The notes under the pieces: model-generated
Databases searched by the model: none
What the model was told of the DNA's origin: nothing
The model's input: the letters and a program-made list of their open reading frames with translations, nothing else
Position numbers and translations under genes: made by a program
DNA from: a virus
IMG/VR virus record: IMGVR_UViG_3300046697_000072
DNA: 64,000 bases
Strand: one strand, 5' to 3'
Shown: piece by piece, positions 17,110 through 27,124 of the stretch
Numbering within the stretch: position 1 is the first letter of the stretch
Layout: each line of letters begins with the position of its first letter

Positions 17110-17355
17110 ATGTCCAACGTTGCACTGACCATACAGGAGCGGATCAATCTGGTCCGCTCCGCGATTGAGAAAATCCGGGATGCTGAAGCCCAGTTGAAGG
17201 AGTTCGGTTGTACGAGTTCCGAGAAGCCTTTCTTCGATCTGGTTAAGCGAGCTGAGGCTAGGGGCCGTCTCGAAGCCGCCCGATACAATTGGCGCGGACA
17301 ATGGTCCAACGTCGAAGTCATCTTGCAGGAAGGTCTGAGAGAGGAGCTGCGGTAA
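17110..17355 (+). CDS. hypothetical protein
   Basis: 81 aa; start codon is embedded in a palindrome copy. Confidence 0.6.
   Translation: MSNVALTIQERINLVRSAIEKIRDAEAQLKEFGCTSSEKPFFDLVKRAEARGRLEAARYNWRGQWSNVEVILQEGLREELR
17112..17125. repeat. iterated palindrome copy GTCCAACGTTGCAC
   Basis: Codons 1-6 of ORF 17110 (M-S-N-V-A-L). Confidence 0.9.
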
Positions 17356-19125
17356 GTGGGGCTGCGACCGTATCAGCAGGAGGCAATCCAGAGCATACAG
17401 GACGAGTTCTCCCATGGGATCTCCCGGCAACTGGTCGTGATGGCCACGGGATTGGGAAAGACGGTCGTAGCTGCCCACGTTCCGCACTTCATGCCGAAAC
17501 GTAAGCGGGGAATGTTCATCGTACACCGGAACGAACTTTGCCTACAGGCCCAACGTCAGTTTGAGAAACACAATCCCGAACTGAAGGTCGGAGTGGAACG
17601 AGCGGAATACCGAGCCGGTGATGCCGACATTGTGATCGCCTCTGTCCAGACCATCGGCAAGATGAACGGAGACGGCAAACCCGGTGACCGGCTCAAGCAG
17701 TTCCGGCCCGATGATTTCTCGTGGGTCATCTGTGATGAAGTTCACCACGGGACCTCGGACACGTACCGGGCGATCTTCCGGCACATGCGGGTTCTGAAGG
17801 GGGAGCCGGACTGTAACGAATTCAAGCTGTTCTGCGGCATAACCGCGACTCCAAACCGTTCAGATTCGATAGGGTTGGAGTGCCTGTTCGACAAGATAAC
17901 CGTAGTCAACGACATCCGATTCGGAGTCCGGGAAGGCTGGTTGTCTCGTATTCATTGCAACGTAGTGGAGACGGAAATAGATCTCAGCCGCGTTCACATT
18001 ACTGCCGGGGACTTCAACGCGGCGGAACTCAGCGCAACCGTGGATACTCCCACCAGGAATGAACTGATCGCGCAAGAGTACTTGAAGAACCGGCCAGACG
18101 GGCCATCGTTCTTCTTTGTTGTCGATATAAACCACGCCCATAATCTCTCGGAAGTCTTACGCGGGCACGGGATACGCACCTATGCCATCTCTGGGAAGAC
18201 TCCGGAAGATGAGTGCCGCCGCTTCATGAAGATGATCAATGAGGGATCGATAGACGGGCTGGCCTCCGCAGGTAAGTTGAACGAGGGCGTTGACGCTCCC
18301 AGGGTTTGCGCAGCTTGGATGTGCAGGCCGACAAAGAGCCAACTCCTCTATCAGCAGATGGTGGGCCGAGTTTTGAGGCCATTCCCCAGTCCGGAAGACC
18401 TACAGGCGTTGTCCAACGTTGGACAGGCCCCGGCATGGGTCAAGCCCTTTGCGTCCATCACGGACTTCGTAGACATCTGCGGGAGGCACAGCTTATGCAC
18501 AACCCCGACTCTGTTCAGCCTTCGGCACAAGTTTGACGCGAAGCGCAAGGATATCATCGAAGCCGTTGAAGAGATCGAGGCGTTGGAGGCCGAGCACCCC
18601 GGTCTGGACTTGCGGAGCGCCCCGAACCTGGACGCGATCAAGACCTCGCTGCACCGGCTGGATCTTCTTGCTACCCCAACCACTCCGCCCGAGCTTCGCA
18701 AGATCAGCAAGTTCGTATGGCTGAAAGAGCAGGAAGATTCTTTCCACCTGGGGCTTATGGATGGGGCGCTTTTATCAGTGCGCGTGAACACCCTTGGCCA
18801 GTGGGATGTCTACCGCCACATGAAGGGTATCCGGACCAAACTCTGGGTGGCACACGATCTCAAGGAGGCCGTGCAGAAGGCCGAAGAGGAGATCCCCTCA
18901 AGGGAGGCTCGAATCCTCTCTGCCGAAGCTGGCTGGCGTCGAGAGGGGCCTACCGAAAAACAAGCGGCACGATTGATTATGCGGGACCACAAGCTCCGTC
19001 AGGAGTTCGGTAACTCCGAAAATCTGTACGCTTTCCTGTGTGACCGGTTTGAGCATGGAGATCTATCCGCGTCACGCGGAAATATATCCGCCCGCATCTC
19101 GTCACTTGAGGAAGCAAGACGTTAG
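17356..19125 (+). CDS. superfamily-2 DEAD/DEAH (ResIII-type) helicase
   Basis: RPYQQEAI, MATGLGKT (motif I), CDEVHH (II), ITATP (III), QQMVGRVLR (VI). Confidence 0.85.
   Translation: MGLRPYQQEAIQSIQDEFSHGISRQLVVMATGLGKTVVAAHVPHFMPKRKRGMFIVHRNELCLQAQRQFEKHNPELKVGVERAEYRAGDADIVIASVQTIGKMNGDGKPGDRLKQFRPDDFSWVICDEVHHGTSDTYRAIFRHMRVLKGEPDCNEFKLFCGITATPNRSDSIGLECLFDKITVVNDIRFGVREGWLSRIHCNVVETEIDLSRVHITAGDFNAAELSATVDTPTRNELIAQEYLKNRPDGPSFFFVVDINHAHNLSEVLRGHGIRTYAISGKTPEDECRRFMKMINEGSIDGLASAGKLNEGVDAPRVCAAWMCRPTKSQLLYQQMVGRVLRPFPSPEDLQALSNVGQAPAWVKPFASITDFVDICGRHSLCTTPTLFSLRHKFDAKRKDIIEAVEEIEALEAEHPGLDLRSAPNLDAIKTSLHRLDLLATPTTPPELRKISKFVWLKEQEDSFHLGLMDGALLSVRVNTLGQWDVYRHMKGIRTKLWVAHDLKEAVQKAEEEIPSREARILSAEAGWRREGPTEKQAARLIMRDHKLRQEFGNSENLYAFLCDRFEHGDLSASRGNISARISSLEEARR
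18411..18424. repeat. iterated palindrome copy GTCCAACGTTGGAC (perfect)
   Basis: Internal to the helicase gene (S-N-V-G). Confidence 0.9.
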
Positions 19126-19137
19126 AACCCTGAACAC

Positions 19138-19160
19138 GGCCGGTGGCGTTACGCCCGGCC
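19138..19160 (+). terminator. bulged stem-loop after the helicase gene
   Basis: GGCCGGTGGCG-tta-CGCCCGGCC. Confidence 0.4.
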
Positions 19161-19175
19161 ACTGAAAGGAGAATC

Positions 19176-19403
19176 ATGGAACGTGTAGAGGTAACAAACG
19201 GATTTTTGGGGATCTGCCACATGCAGGTTTGTGCGGTGGCCGATGCTACCGACGATGAAATCCTGGAGGTGTGCGACTCGCGTAACCCCTCAGGAACATC
19301 GAACGGATGGTGCCACGTAATCAGAGAATCGGAACATCCGAACATGCAGCCGGTAGCCTGCAAGGAACACCCGGAGCGAAAGCATTTCCTGGTGGCCTGC
19401 TAA
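19176..19403 (+). CDS. hypothetical Cys/His protein
   Basis: AAGGAGA RBS before ATG 19176; 75 aa. Confidence 0.55.
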   Translation: MERVEVTNGFLGICHMQVCAVADATDDEILEVCDSRNPSGTSNGWCHVIRESEHPNMQPVACKEHPERKHFLVAC

Positions 19404-19540
19404 TGACCGAGGCCTTGCAATCCCTCACCGCCCGGGCCATCGACCACTGGCCCGGCATACTGGTGCCCATCGTTCTGTTGGGCTTCATTGGGATGGTATG
19501 GACGGCTACGGTGTGGGCATTCAGGAGAAAACAACGATGA
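19403..19540 (+). CDS. small membrane protein (45 aa)
   Basis: TAATG coupling; GILVPIVLLGFIGMVWTATVWAF TM helix followed by RRKQR. Confidence 0.5.
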   Translation: MTEALQSLTARAIDHWPGILVPIVLLGFIGMVWTATVWAFRRKQR

Positions 19541-19612
19541 CATACGAATTTCGCAGTAACGGACGGCCCGAGATCGAGCACTTCGACACCAAGGTCAGGA
19601 GTTTGACGATTG

Positions 19613-19936
19613 ATGGATAAAATAACCCCGCTGTGGCGGTCTTACGAATATGGCTTGCGGAATGGTTGGGGACAGCACCCGACTAAGGGCGCTGCGCTGC
19701 TGGACTCCGCCGCGCGCTCCCTGGTGGACGGCGAACCGGTCCTGGCGACTCCTAAGGAGATTTCCGAGGCCCTGGGAACCAATCCGTCGATTATGGGTAT
19801 GTGCCCATTCTGTGGCGCACATCCGCTGACTCCCTTTTGTGGCCCGAGATGCCGTGCGGAGCATTCTCCCGATTGCGAGGCACTGGAGGGAAGCCATCAG
19901 TGGGTGAAGGACAGGGAGGCCGCTTGTGGCCTGTAG
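19613..19936 (+). CDS. hypothetical protein
   Basis: AGGAG RBS; 107 aa; CPFC...C..C cluster; last + strand gene of block 1. Confidence 0.55.
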   Translation: MDKITPLWRSYEYGLRNGWGQHPTKGAALLDSAARSLVDGEPVLATPKEISEALGTNPSIMGMCPFCGAHPLTPFCGPRCRAEHSPDCEALEGSHQWVKDREAACGL

Positions 19937-20106
19937 AATATGCGGTCGAGGAGCGTGTACCGAATCCTTCCATTCGATCCAAGATCAGGAAGAGTGGCAA
20001 ACGAAGACGGGCCGGTATGCCCCCGAAGATACAGAGGATACCCAGCACCGCGAGCAGGACGCCGCTGCGATTCTGGTAGAGCGGGCGGAGGAAATCGGAG
20101 AGAATC

Positions 20107-20123
20107 GGTGAGGCTACCTCACC
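20107..20123. terminator. stem-loop between convergent blocks
   Basis: GGTGAGG-cta-CCTCACC, 9 nt beyond the stop of the 1227-aa gene. Confidence 0.3.
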
Positions 20124-20131
20124 ACTCCCCG

Positions 20132-23100
20132 TTACCGTGTTACCGTGCCGCTCCCGAACACGGGCCGGTAGGTCACGACGCCAGAGACCCCCATCAGGAT
20201 CGCGGCCTCTCCTGCCCGGAGCGAGACGCTCGTCACCGGAGCGCCCAGAGTTCCGTCCGCGCTCAGAAGCTGGTACGTGCCCCCCAAGGCGATGGCCTGC
20301 GATGGCGTATCCAGTTCGGCCTCCAGGTGCAGGCTGCCCCGAAACGGCCTCATTAACACGATGCCATTCGTGAAATCCCGCCGCCATACGTTCGGGCATC
20401 CGCCGGTTGAGCAATCTCCAAGAGGAGAGTGCCCAGAGATCGCGCTGCCGTACAACCAGGGCGTCCCCCCGGTTTCATCAGCCGCACGAACGCCGGCCCT
20501 GTACCCTGCAGTGTTTGGAACACCCAGATCCACGCCCATAGCTGGAAACCAGGTGGTCCAACCCCATACGTTCGCCACGGACGGACTTGTAATGGCAGCC
20601 AAGTGCTGAGACTGAATGCAGCTTGCCGCCGCGCCAGCGAGGTACGAATTGTAGATCGGGCTTGTGGTGCTGAAAATCTTCCAGTCAGAACTGCGGATCG
20701 TGCTCACTGTTGGCTGATGTCCCGTCGTGTCCAGGGTGCCCGTGATCCAATACGCGGTCACTCCCCCTATCGAGGTAGTGGCCCAGTCGCCGGGTGGGGT
20801 GAATGTGATTGTCCCCGAGTTGTGGAGGACGTTCGTGCCGTCTGCCACTGTCAGTGCCACCTGAGCCGAACCATTCCAATAAGTCCAAGTGAGATACGCG
20901 CCACCTGACGGATCAACCACGCCGAAAGACAGGTGGCTGAACGGTGTAGAATACCCGGCCTGAATCGTGGCAGTCGGGTACGAACCCAAGAGCATGGTGG
21001 GTGATCCACCCCACGCCTGCAAAGAAACATCCCCTCCGAGGACCCGAACATAGCCAGGAGCCGATGCTTTTACCACATCCCCCGACGGTCCCAACTGCAT
21101 CACTATCCCATTTGCCTCAAACACGCTCCCCACACAAGTATCGACACTCATCAAGCTGATCGCCTTGGCGCCGGATGACGTATCTGCTGGAATAGGGGAC
21201 GCCAAAGTGGTAGGCGTGTCGTATGTGTCCACTTGATCCGTGACTAAATAGTACCCGACAATCTCTTGCCCACCGTGATACATGTACCCCGTGTTGCTGT
21301 TGGTCCCCATATAGTGCATGGCCAGGGTGAGCATAGGTGTGCGGTTCGCTCGGTCCACAAAATGCCAAGTCGCCATCGAACCATTTCCCGGACTCCAACT
21401 TGATGCCGCGTTGAGGGAACTGGTGTCATAGAATGCCGTGTATACCTTGACGTTGTTCGGGTTGTTCGCCGTCAAAAAGTCGTCGTAGTTAACACAGCAG
21501 GCCCCCCCAAACGTGTAATCCGGGAAAGGATTCCGGGTGGCTGCCGCCGAGTAATAGTTGCCCGGCATGATCGCGGTTTCGAGCAGGTTCGCATCTCCGA
21601 TCGGGTAGCCTCCCAAGAGCAAGGTCTGTCCATTGTTCGTGACCCAGAAGTTAGAGCCATGCTCAGACTTGAGGCGGGCAATCAATTCGGTGTGGAGCGC
21701 CCCCCACGCAGGCAACCAACCCTCGGTGTGATTGTAGTCCAGCGAGGCATCGGCATTCGAGGGCAGATTCGTCGCATCGTCATAAAACACGGCGTCGTAA
21801 TTGTCGGTTGGGTTGAGGGCTGAATCTACTATGTCTGCAAGCGCCCGTCCCCAAGTCCGAATGCCGCTTTGAACATCGGACGGATTGCCGTACATGTTAT
21901 TGCCGCCAGCTGTGGCGCGAGCCTGATATTGGAACTTGGCGGAAGCGGTTCCCGGTGGCGTCGGGTTGTACTCTAGGCGCGTTCCCACGTTAATCCGATT
22001 CGCGTCTGTTGCGTTCCATCCCCTGAAGGTATTGCCTGCCGACGAGACTGCCCAATCGTCACCCTTCACGGTGGAGTATATCGGAGAAACCGATGCACCG
22101 CTCACTACGATCTGCACCCAGTATTTCAGGTGAGTGGTCGTAATTGGGAATGGAGTCGTCACGTTCACCGTGAGAGTTTTCTGCGCCCAGTCCGACGGCG
22201 GATACCAGTATACCTTGCCAGAGGTCGTCAACCCCGAAGTTCCATCCGAGAGGTGACTCGATAGCGCGGTCCATGCTGAACCGTTCCAGTAATTGTAGGC
22301 CACCGTCCCACCCGTCCGGGCGGTTGTAATGGCAAAGTTCATCTGGTCGAACGGCTCCTGATAGCCAACGTATAAGGTGCTGGCTACGGTCGTGGTCGGA
22401 GAACCGAACCAGCTTCCATTCGTCACGTCGGCGTAAGCGCCGCTCGAATACGTGAACACGCCGCCGTCGTAATTTCCCCCACCCAGGTAGGGCTCGAAAG
22501 CGTCGAACCGAGTCATGTCTGATGTATACGCGGTAAGGGCTGAATCCACGTTGGCGTGGAGGTACATGTTCTCCAGTACGAATCCGTTAGTTATCGCTGT
22601 GTCTTGCGCCAAGTATCCAACCTCGGCGGTGAAGTCTGGCATGTCCTTATAAGTCGAGTAGTACGTCTTCGTGAGATTCCCGCCATGCGCATCTCCAGTA
22701 CCGCCGCCACCGAGAACCCAGTCGAAACGGCTGCCCAACCAGGTGTTGATTGTGCTCCAGAGCCCTGGCGGAGTGGTGTACTGGCCGTAGTCTACTATGG
22801 CCGTTGAGAGGTGTGGGAAATGGGGCGTGTGGGCTGCCACCGTCATCGGCGCAACCGTGAAAGGAGACGAGTAGCCGGAAGTCCCTCCGGCGGCGGTAAC
22901 GTCCATCTTCCACGATCCAGCCGTAAGGGATTGACTGTTGACGGTCAAGAGCGTCGAACTGTTGACGGTCACGCTGGAAGCTGCCGTGCAAGCTCCGCCT
23001 CCAGTCGGACAAAAGTTGACGCCCACGGGGGCAATAAAGGTGGTCCCTATGATGGAAGCGTTGAACGGAACCGACGGCCATGGAGATCCAGCCGATAGCG

Positions 23101-23815
23101 TATAGCCGCTCAGTGTAGGCGCGGCCGGCGCGACGTAGGGCTTGAACGCCGCGATCAAAGCTGCCGATGCGTTCGTGGTCGGAGAGAGCGCCCACGTCGG
23201 ATTGCGTGCGGTGGCCGTCGCTTGGATCTCATAAGCGAGACCCACTGAGTTGTTCGTGCCATTCGAGGAGGCCACATGCTGCGCGTAGTTGGAACTGAAA
23301 GGAGAATCTACACCGCTGATGTCGATGCTCTGGTACGTGCCTCCTACCGTTATCAGCAGTTCCCCGTTTCCGGCTGGCGTGAGCGTTCCAGGCTGGAGTG
23401 TTGCTCCTGTATCCTGGCCGCCGCCCGTAATCGCGTCCAACACCAGACTTGATGCCGTACCCGAAAATGCGGTCACAGCAAAACTCATGTAGGCACCATA
23501 GGTTGTGAACGTGTGGCCCGTTCCCACGCTCGTCGGAATGCTGTACCAGAGCGTCGCGTTCGCTGCCATCCCTGGTGCATGATAAGTTCCCGCGCAGGTC
23601 CATCCGTTACTCTTCGAATCGGCTACACCGTAGCTGCAATTTCCACCCGTGGTGTAGTTGGATAGACCAATGACCAGCAGGGTGGCTCCAGTGGTGTCAA
23701 TTGCAGACGTGGTAGTCGTCGCAAGGTTGCTCGGGTTCGCCACACTCGTGCTGGCCACGGGAGCGATCTGCCCCCACGCCGGAGCGCAGAGCAAGAGGAT
23801 GAGCAGGGGCCTCAT
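20132..23815 (-). CDS. secreted giant Ser/Thr/Gly-rich protein, putative glycan-binding or glycan-degrading fibre
   Basis: Start MRPLLILLLCAPAWG/QIAP (Sec signal) overlaps the upstream stop (ATGA); 1227 aa; N-terminal ~230 aa resemble the 248-aa protein at 26378-27124. Confidence 0.6.
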   Translation of the reverse strand: MRPLLILLLCAPAWGQIAPVASTSVANPSNLATTTTSAIDTTGATLLVIGLSNYTTGGNCSYGVADSKSNGWTCAGTYHAPGMAANATLWYSIPTSVGTGHTFTTYGAYMSFAVTAFSGTASSLVLDAITGGGQDTGATLQPGTLTPAGNGELLITVGGTYQSIDISGVDSPFSSNYAQHVASSNGTNNSVGLAYEIQATATARNPTWALSPTTNASAALIAAFKPYVAPAAPTLSGYTLSAGSPWPSVPFNASIIGTTFIAPVGVNFCPTGGGACTAASSVTVNSSTLLTVNSQSLTAGSWKMDVTAAGGTSGYSSPFTVAPMTVAAHTPHFPHLSTAIVDYGQYTTPPGLWSTINTWLGSRFDWVLGGGGTGDAHGGNLTKTYYSTYKDMPDFTAEVGYLAQDTAITNGFVLENMYLHANVDSALTAYTSDMTRFDAFEPYLGGGNYDGGVFTYSSGAYADVTNGSWFGSPTTTVASTLYVGYQEPFDQMNFAITTARTGGTVAYNYWNGSAWTALSSHLSDGTSGLTTSGKVYWYPPSDWAQKTLTVNVTTPFPITTTHLKYWVQIVVSGASVSPIYSTVKGDDWAVSSAGNTFRGWNATDANRINVGTRLEYNPTPPGTASAKFQYQARATAGGNNMYGNPSDVQSGIRTWGRALADIVDSALNPTDNYDAVFYDDATNLPSNADASLDYNHTEGWLPAWGALHTELIARLKSEHGSNFWVTNNGQTLLLGGYPIGDANLLETAIMPGNYYSAAATRNPFPDYTFGGACCVNYDDFLTANNPNNVKVYTAFYDTSSLNAASSWSPGNGSMATWHFVDRANRTPMLTLAMHYMGTNSNTGYMYHGGQEIVGYYLVTDQVDTYDTPTTLASPIPADTSSGAKAISLMSVDTCVGSVFEANGIVMQLGPSGDVVKASAPGYVRVLGGDVSLQAWGGSPTMLLGSYPTATIQAGYSTPFSHLSFGVVDPSGGAYLTWTYWNGSAQVALTVADGTNVLHNSGTITFTPPGDWATTSIGGVTAYWITGTLDTTGHQPTVSTIRSSDWKIFSTTSPIYNSYLAGAAASCIQSQHLAAITSPSVANVWGWTTWFPAMGVDLGVPNTAGYRAGVRAADETGGTPWLYGSAISGHSPLGDCSTGGCPNVWRRDFTNGIVLMRPFRGSLHLEAELDTPSQAIALGGTYQLLSADGTLGAPVTSVSLRAGEAAILMGVSGVVTYRPVFGSGTVTR

Positions 23816-26367
23816 TGCACCTTCACTCCCTTGCAGAGGATGCACTGCTTTATAGGCGACGCGCCGGCCCCTTCCGTGATCTGGTAGACGTGCGCTCCGT
23901 ATGCGCCGAATGAATCCGTGAACGTGGAACCACTTGGCGTGATCGTGCGGCTCTCGTTGTAGACTGTCACGGTCGAAATCGGAGCGTGCCAGGTGAATGT
24001 CGGGGCCACTGTCCCGCTGGTGGTGTTGCTGGCGATCAAGGTCGGAGTCGCCCCGGACTTTACGCGCGTGTGGACGGTGGCCGTATCGTTGCTAGTCAGT
24101 TTGGTATTGTCATCCAACGCGGCGAGAGGAGTGGCTAAACCATCGATCTCTCCTATGACGTTCTTCAAATTGGTCCAGTTTGCAATCCATGTTGCATTTT
24201 GTAGACTTCGAACGGTTCCATCGAACGATCCAGAGAAGGCCGATGAGTTCACGGGTATAGTGAATGTATTGGCATCTATGACCGTAGGCCGGTAGCTCTG
24301 ATCGTTCATGGCAGACCAGCTACCAGTCGCGCCGTAAGTATAGACGTAGCTAAAATCAGCAGTCAATCCGTGCCCAGGGATAGTAAACGTCGTTACCGCT
24401 CCCTTGGTCACAGTGTCTAGTGCTGCATTCGTATCATCGACAGGCGTCCCCGTCCCAAACACTAAGTGCCCGTTGAATGTACCAGCGAAACCGGTAGAGT
24501 TTACTGGAACGGTGATATTGGATGAACTAGACGTAGCGGTAATCGTCTGCGCTCCATTCAGCGCAGTCCAATCTCCCGTAGCCCCGGTGATTGTGGCGCT
24601 GCACGTCCCCCCGCACTGCGGATGCCAAGGCGAAATAATAGTCGTTGGAGACCCAGGAGTCACAGACGTAATACCGCCTAGTTCCGTAAAGATAGAACTC
24701 AACTGCCCCGCAGACCAGTACATCAATCCATTGGCTCCGTCTGCTACTGCCATGTAGCTCATATCTCGCAGTTCGGCCTGTGTGGGCCATCTAATAGTTC
24801 CAGTAAACTGGAAGTACTGAATAACAGTCATTACTGGGCGTGATGATTGAACCGCTGACATTGCAGCAGTTGTCCATGTGCTCACTTCGTTGAGTGGGTA
24901 GCCAGATCCTTCGGCTCCAAACAGGGGGTACGGATCGGTAGCCAAAATATCCACGGTATCTCTCCACAGGGGTAGAGAGGAGTCCCCCAACTGAGCTCCG
25001 AGTATGGCCGCTCCTGGTGCCAACCTATCAGTGCGGGCCTTCGTCGCAAACGTGGTGGCTGCCACCGATGCGGCGCATTCGTCTGTACGATAGATTCCCC
25101 AAAACCCAGGCATTGCCGCCCGCGCTTCTATCTCCGCGTCTGACCCGATGTACCAAAAAAAGCTCGAACCTGGGATGCTGGTGGTTACGCAGTTATCTGT
25201 TTCTATCCACCCCACACCACTACCGTAAGTCTGGAGAGCTGCAATGAATGGGGAGGCTGCCAAGTTTGCCAAGTCTCCCATCCAGTAATTCAAATAGAGA
25301 TTCACTCCCGTGAGCCCAGACAACTCTATCGTGCTATTCAATTGGTTCAGGAAAAAGGATTCTGAGGTGCTGTACCCGCCCCCTGAGTCATACAACCCCA
25401 ACATGAACGTCGGCACACCGTTTTTCAAAATTCTCTGATTCTGGTCTGCGCTTGTCTGGAATCCGGTGCGCGTGCTCCCTGGGTATTTGTAGATCGAGTA
25501 GTATGGATACTGATTGTTGGAACTTGCGTTTCCTCCACTGGAAGTCTGAGTCAACTGAAACGACACACGGTACTCAGTGGACTCCGAGAGTGCGGCCATG
25601 TCAAAGGTTGCCGTGGTGCTGGCTAACGCGGGCCACGATCCCGCCAGAACTGTGGTTCCATCCGCTGTCTTGATTGTGCCATCAACCGTGTAGTCAGAAA
25701 GCGTCAAGTCTGTTGGATACATCCCCTGTGATGGATTTGGGACCACACTGAAAGTTGTGATCTGTGATTGATCGTCAAACAGCATCCCCTTCCAATTCGG
25801 GTACTGCATGAAGACAGAGATCGGCCTCTGCTCTTGGGTAAGTACTACATCATCGAACCAAGCCGTTCCGCTGGTGCCATTGTAGGCTGCCTCAAGACTC
25901 ACTTGGATCTGAGCCGCGCTGCCCAAGGATAACCCCGGAAGAAGTATCTCGGTCCAATCATTTGTCCCCGTTAACGCTGGCGAGGAAGTCCAGATCAATG
26001 CGTAAGGAAATGACGGAGGAGCAAATACGCTCACTCGCACTCCATTTCCCGTTATTGAGCTAGTCTTTACCCACACGCTCAAGTCATACACTCCTGCTGG
26101 CTGTGTGGAGATAGTCTGCTGAAGATTCACAACAGACCCGGAGAGGACCATCTTGGCGCTGTATGTACCAGTGTGTGCGTAATCACTAGCCACAGTAATG
26201 GCCCCCCCTCCGCCAGTCCAACCCGTGAAGTCCCCAGACTCTAATCCAGGATTGGATAGAAGGTTGGAGCTAGGAACTGCTGCGGGATAGGAAGACAGTC
26301 CGCCGGGAGTCTGTGCCAAAGCAGTGCTAGCAAGCGCCAGAAAACACAGTAATTGTTTCATAGTCAT
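23812..26367 (-). CDS. secreted protein with carbohydrate-binding-like N-domain and glycosidase-like core
   Basis: MKQLLCFLALASTALA/QTPG signal; NLLSNPGLESGDFTGWTGGG...AHTGTYSAKM (CBM4/9-like); central TIM-barrel-like region; function inferred. Confidence 0.5.
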   Translation of the reverse strand: MTMKQLLCFLALASTALAQTPGGLSSYPAAVPSSNLLSNPGLESGDFTGWTGGGGAITVASDYAHTGTYSAKMVLSGSVVNLQQTISTQPAGVYDLSVWVKTSSITGNGVRVSVFAPPSFPYALIWTSSPALTGTNDWTEILLPGLSLGSAAQIQVSLEAAYNGTSGTAWFDDVVLTQEQRPISVFMQYPNWKGMLFDDQSQITTFSVVPNPSQGMYPTDLTLSDYTVDGTIKTADGTTVLAGSWPALASTTATFDMAALSESTEYRVSFQLTQTSSGGNASSNNQYPYYSIYKYPGSTRTGFQTSADQNQRILKNGVPTFMLGLYDSGGGYSTSESFFLNQLNSTIELSGLTGVNLYLNYWMGDLANLAASPFIAALQTYGSGVGWIETDNCVTTSIPGSSFFWYIGSDAEIEARAAMPGFWGIYRTDECAASVAATTFATKARTDRLAPGAAILGAQLGDSSLPLWRDTVDILATDPYPLFGAEGSGYPLNEVSTWTTAAMSAVQSSRPVMTVIQYFQFTGTIRWPTQAELRDMSYMAVADGANGLMYWSAGQLSSIFTELGGITSVTPGSPTTIISPWHPQCGGTCSATITGATGDWTALNGAQTITATSSSSNITVPVNSTGFAGTFNGHLVFGTGTPVDDTNAALDTVTKGAVTTFTIPGHGLTADFSYVYTYGATGSWSAMNDQSYRPTVIDANTFTIPVNSSAFSGSFDGTVRSLQNATWIANWTNLKNVIGEIDGLATPLAALDDNTKLTSNDTATVHTRVKSGATPTLIASNTTSGTVAPTFTWHAPISTVTVYNESRTITPSGSTFTDSFGAYGAHVYQITEGAGASPIKQCILCKGVKVQ

Positions 26368-26377
26368 TGTCTCATGG

Positions 26378-27124
26378 TCAGGGGTGTATGGTTATGATAA
26401 TCCCGCCACCAGTTACACTGCGATCTCCGGTCGCCGTTGCGGTATAAGCTGCCTTAGCTGATACCGCTGCGGTCTCCAACAGCACGTTTCCGGGATTAGT
26501 GGGGCTCCGTTGCTGAAAACTAATGGGCGAAGATTCTGGAGTAAAGTTTATGCACCACGGGTAATCTGGCTGGACCGCAGACAAAACCGCCACTAATGCT
26601 TCATTTGTGTAGCTGGTGGTTGCTGTGGTTCCAGTCGTGTACGTGGAAGTTGCCACAAAGGTGCTGGTGGCATACAAATCAACCGGCGATGCGGACGCCC
26701 CGCTATACTCTATGACGTTTGTTATGTAGTTTGAGTTTGTGCCGCTACAGAAAATAGACACCGTAGTAGCCCCAGTAGTTGCTACGCTTGCCCACCACGC
26801 GGCGGTCTCAGTGACGCCGGAAGTGTCCAGGTAGTCAACAATCAAATGCCAAGTCACAGCATTCGGCGTATTTGAAACCGTAAAACTAGAGCAGGTCGAG
26901 CTTGTGACGGCTCCGAAGACAAATAGTTTATAGCCGGCAGTGGGCGAGTAGCTAACGCTATCGCTGTAAGCCGACACGGAATGTGATGCGCTTCCCACGT
27001 AGGCTGGAGCTGCTGAATCGGCCGCCGTCTGATACATCCCCGGCCCCGGAAACGGGAACATCTGAAACATCGGCCCCAGGAGGGCGCGAAGCATTAGAGT
27101 TGCGATTGCGATTGTGCTGGTCAT
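26378..27124 (-). CDS. hypothetical Ser/Thr-rich protein
   Basis: ATGA-coupled start at 27124; hydrophobic N-terminus; 248 aa. Confidence 0.55.
   Translation of the reverse strand: MTSTIAIATLMLRALLGPMFQMFPFPGPGMYQTAADSAAPAYVGSASHSVSAYSDSVSYSPTAGYKLFVFGAVTSSTCSSFTVSNTPNAVTWHLIVDYLDTSGVTETAAWWASVATTGATTVSIFCSGTNSNYITNVIEYSGASASPVDLYATSTFVATSTYTTGTTATTSYTNEALVAVLSAVQPDYPWCINFTPESSPISFQQRSPTNPGNVLLETAAVSAKAAYTATATGDRSVTGGGIIITIHP

Noticed and set aside
17304-17317. Degenerate palindrome-like sites: GTCCAACGTCGAAG (17304), GCCCAACGTTCCGG (12320), GTGCAACGAGAAGG (12984), GTACAACGTGATGG (8793), TCGAACGTTGTTTAC (47939), CTTAACGTTGATG (36564), and one-base-deletion forms such as TCCACGTTGCAT (4175).
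   Set aside because: Each keeps only a half-site or a damaged core, and at this stringency chance matches are expected. I did not count them among the copies, though some may be decayed sites.
19791-20414. 207-aa minus-strand ORF spanning the convergent junction. Its 19940-20110 part is hydrophobic and could be a small membrane protein.
   Set aside because: No in-frame ATG or GTG with an RBS is present in the intergenic part, and the ORF overlaps both flanking genes. I left it unannotated.
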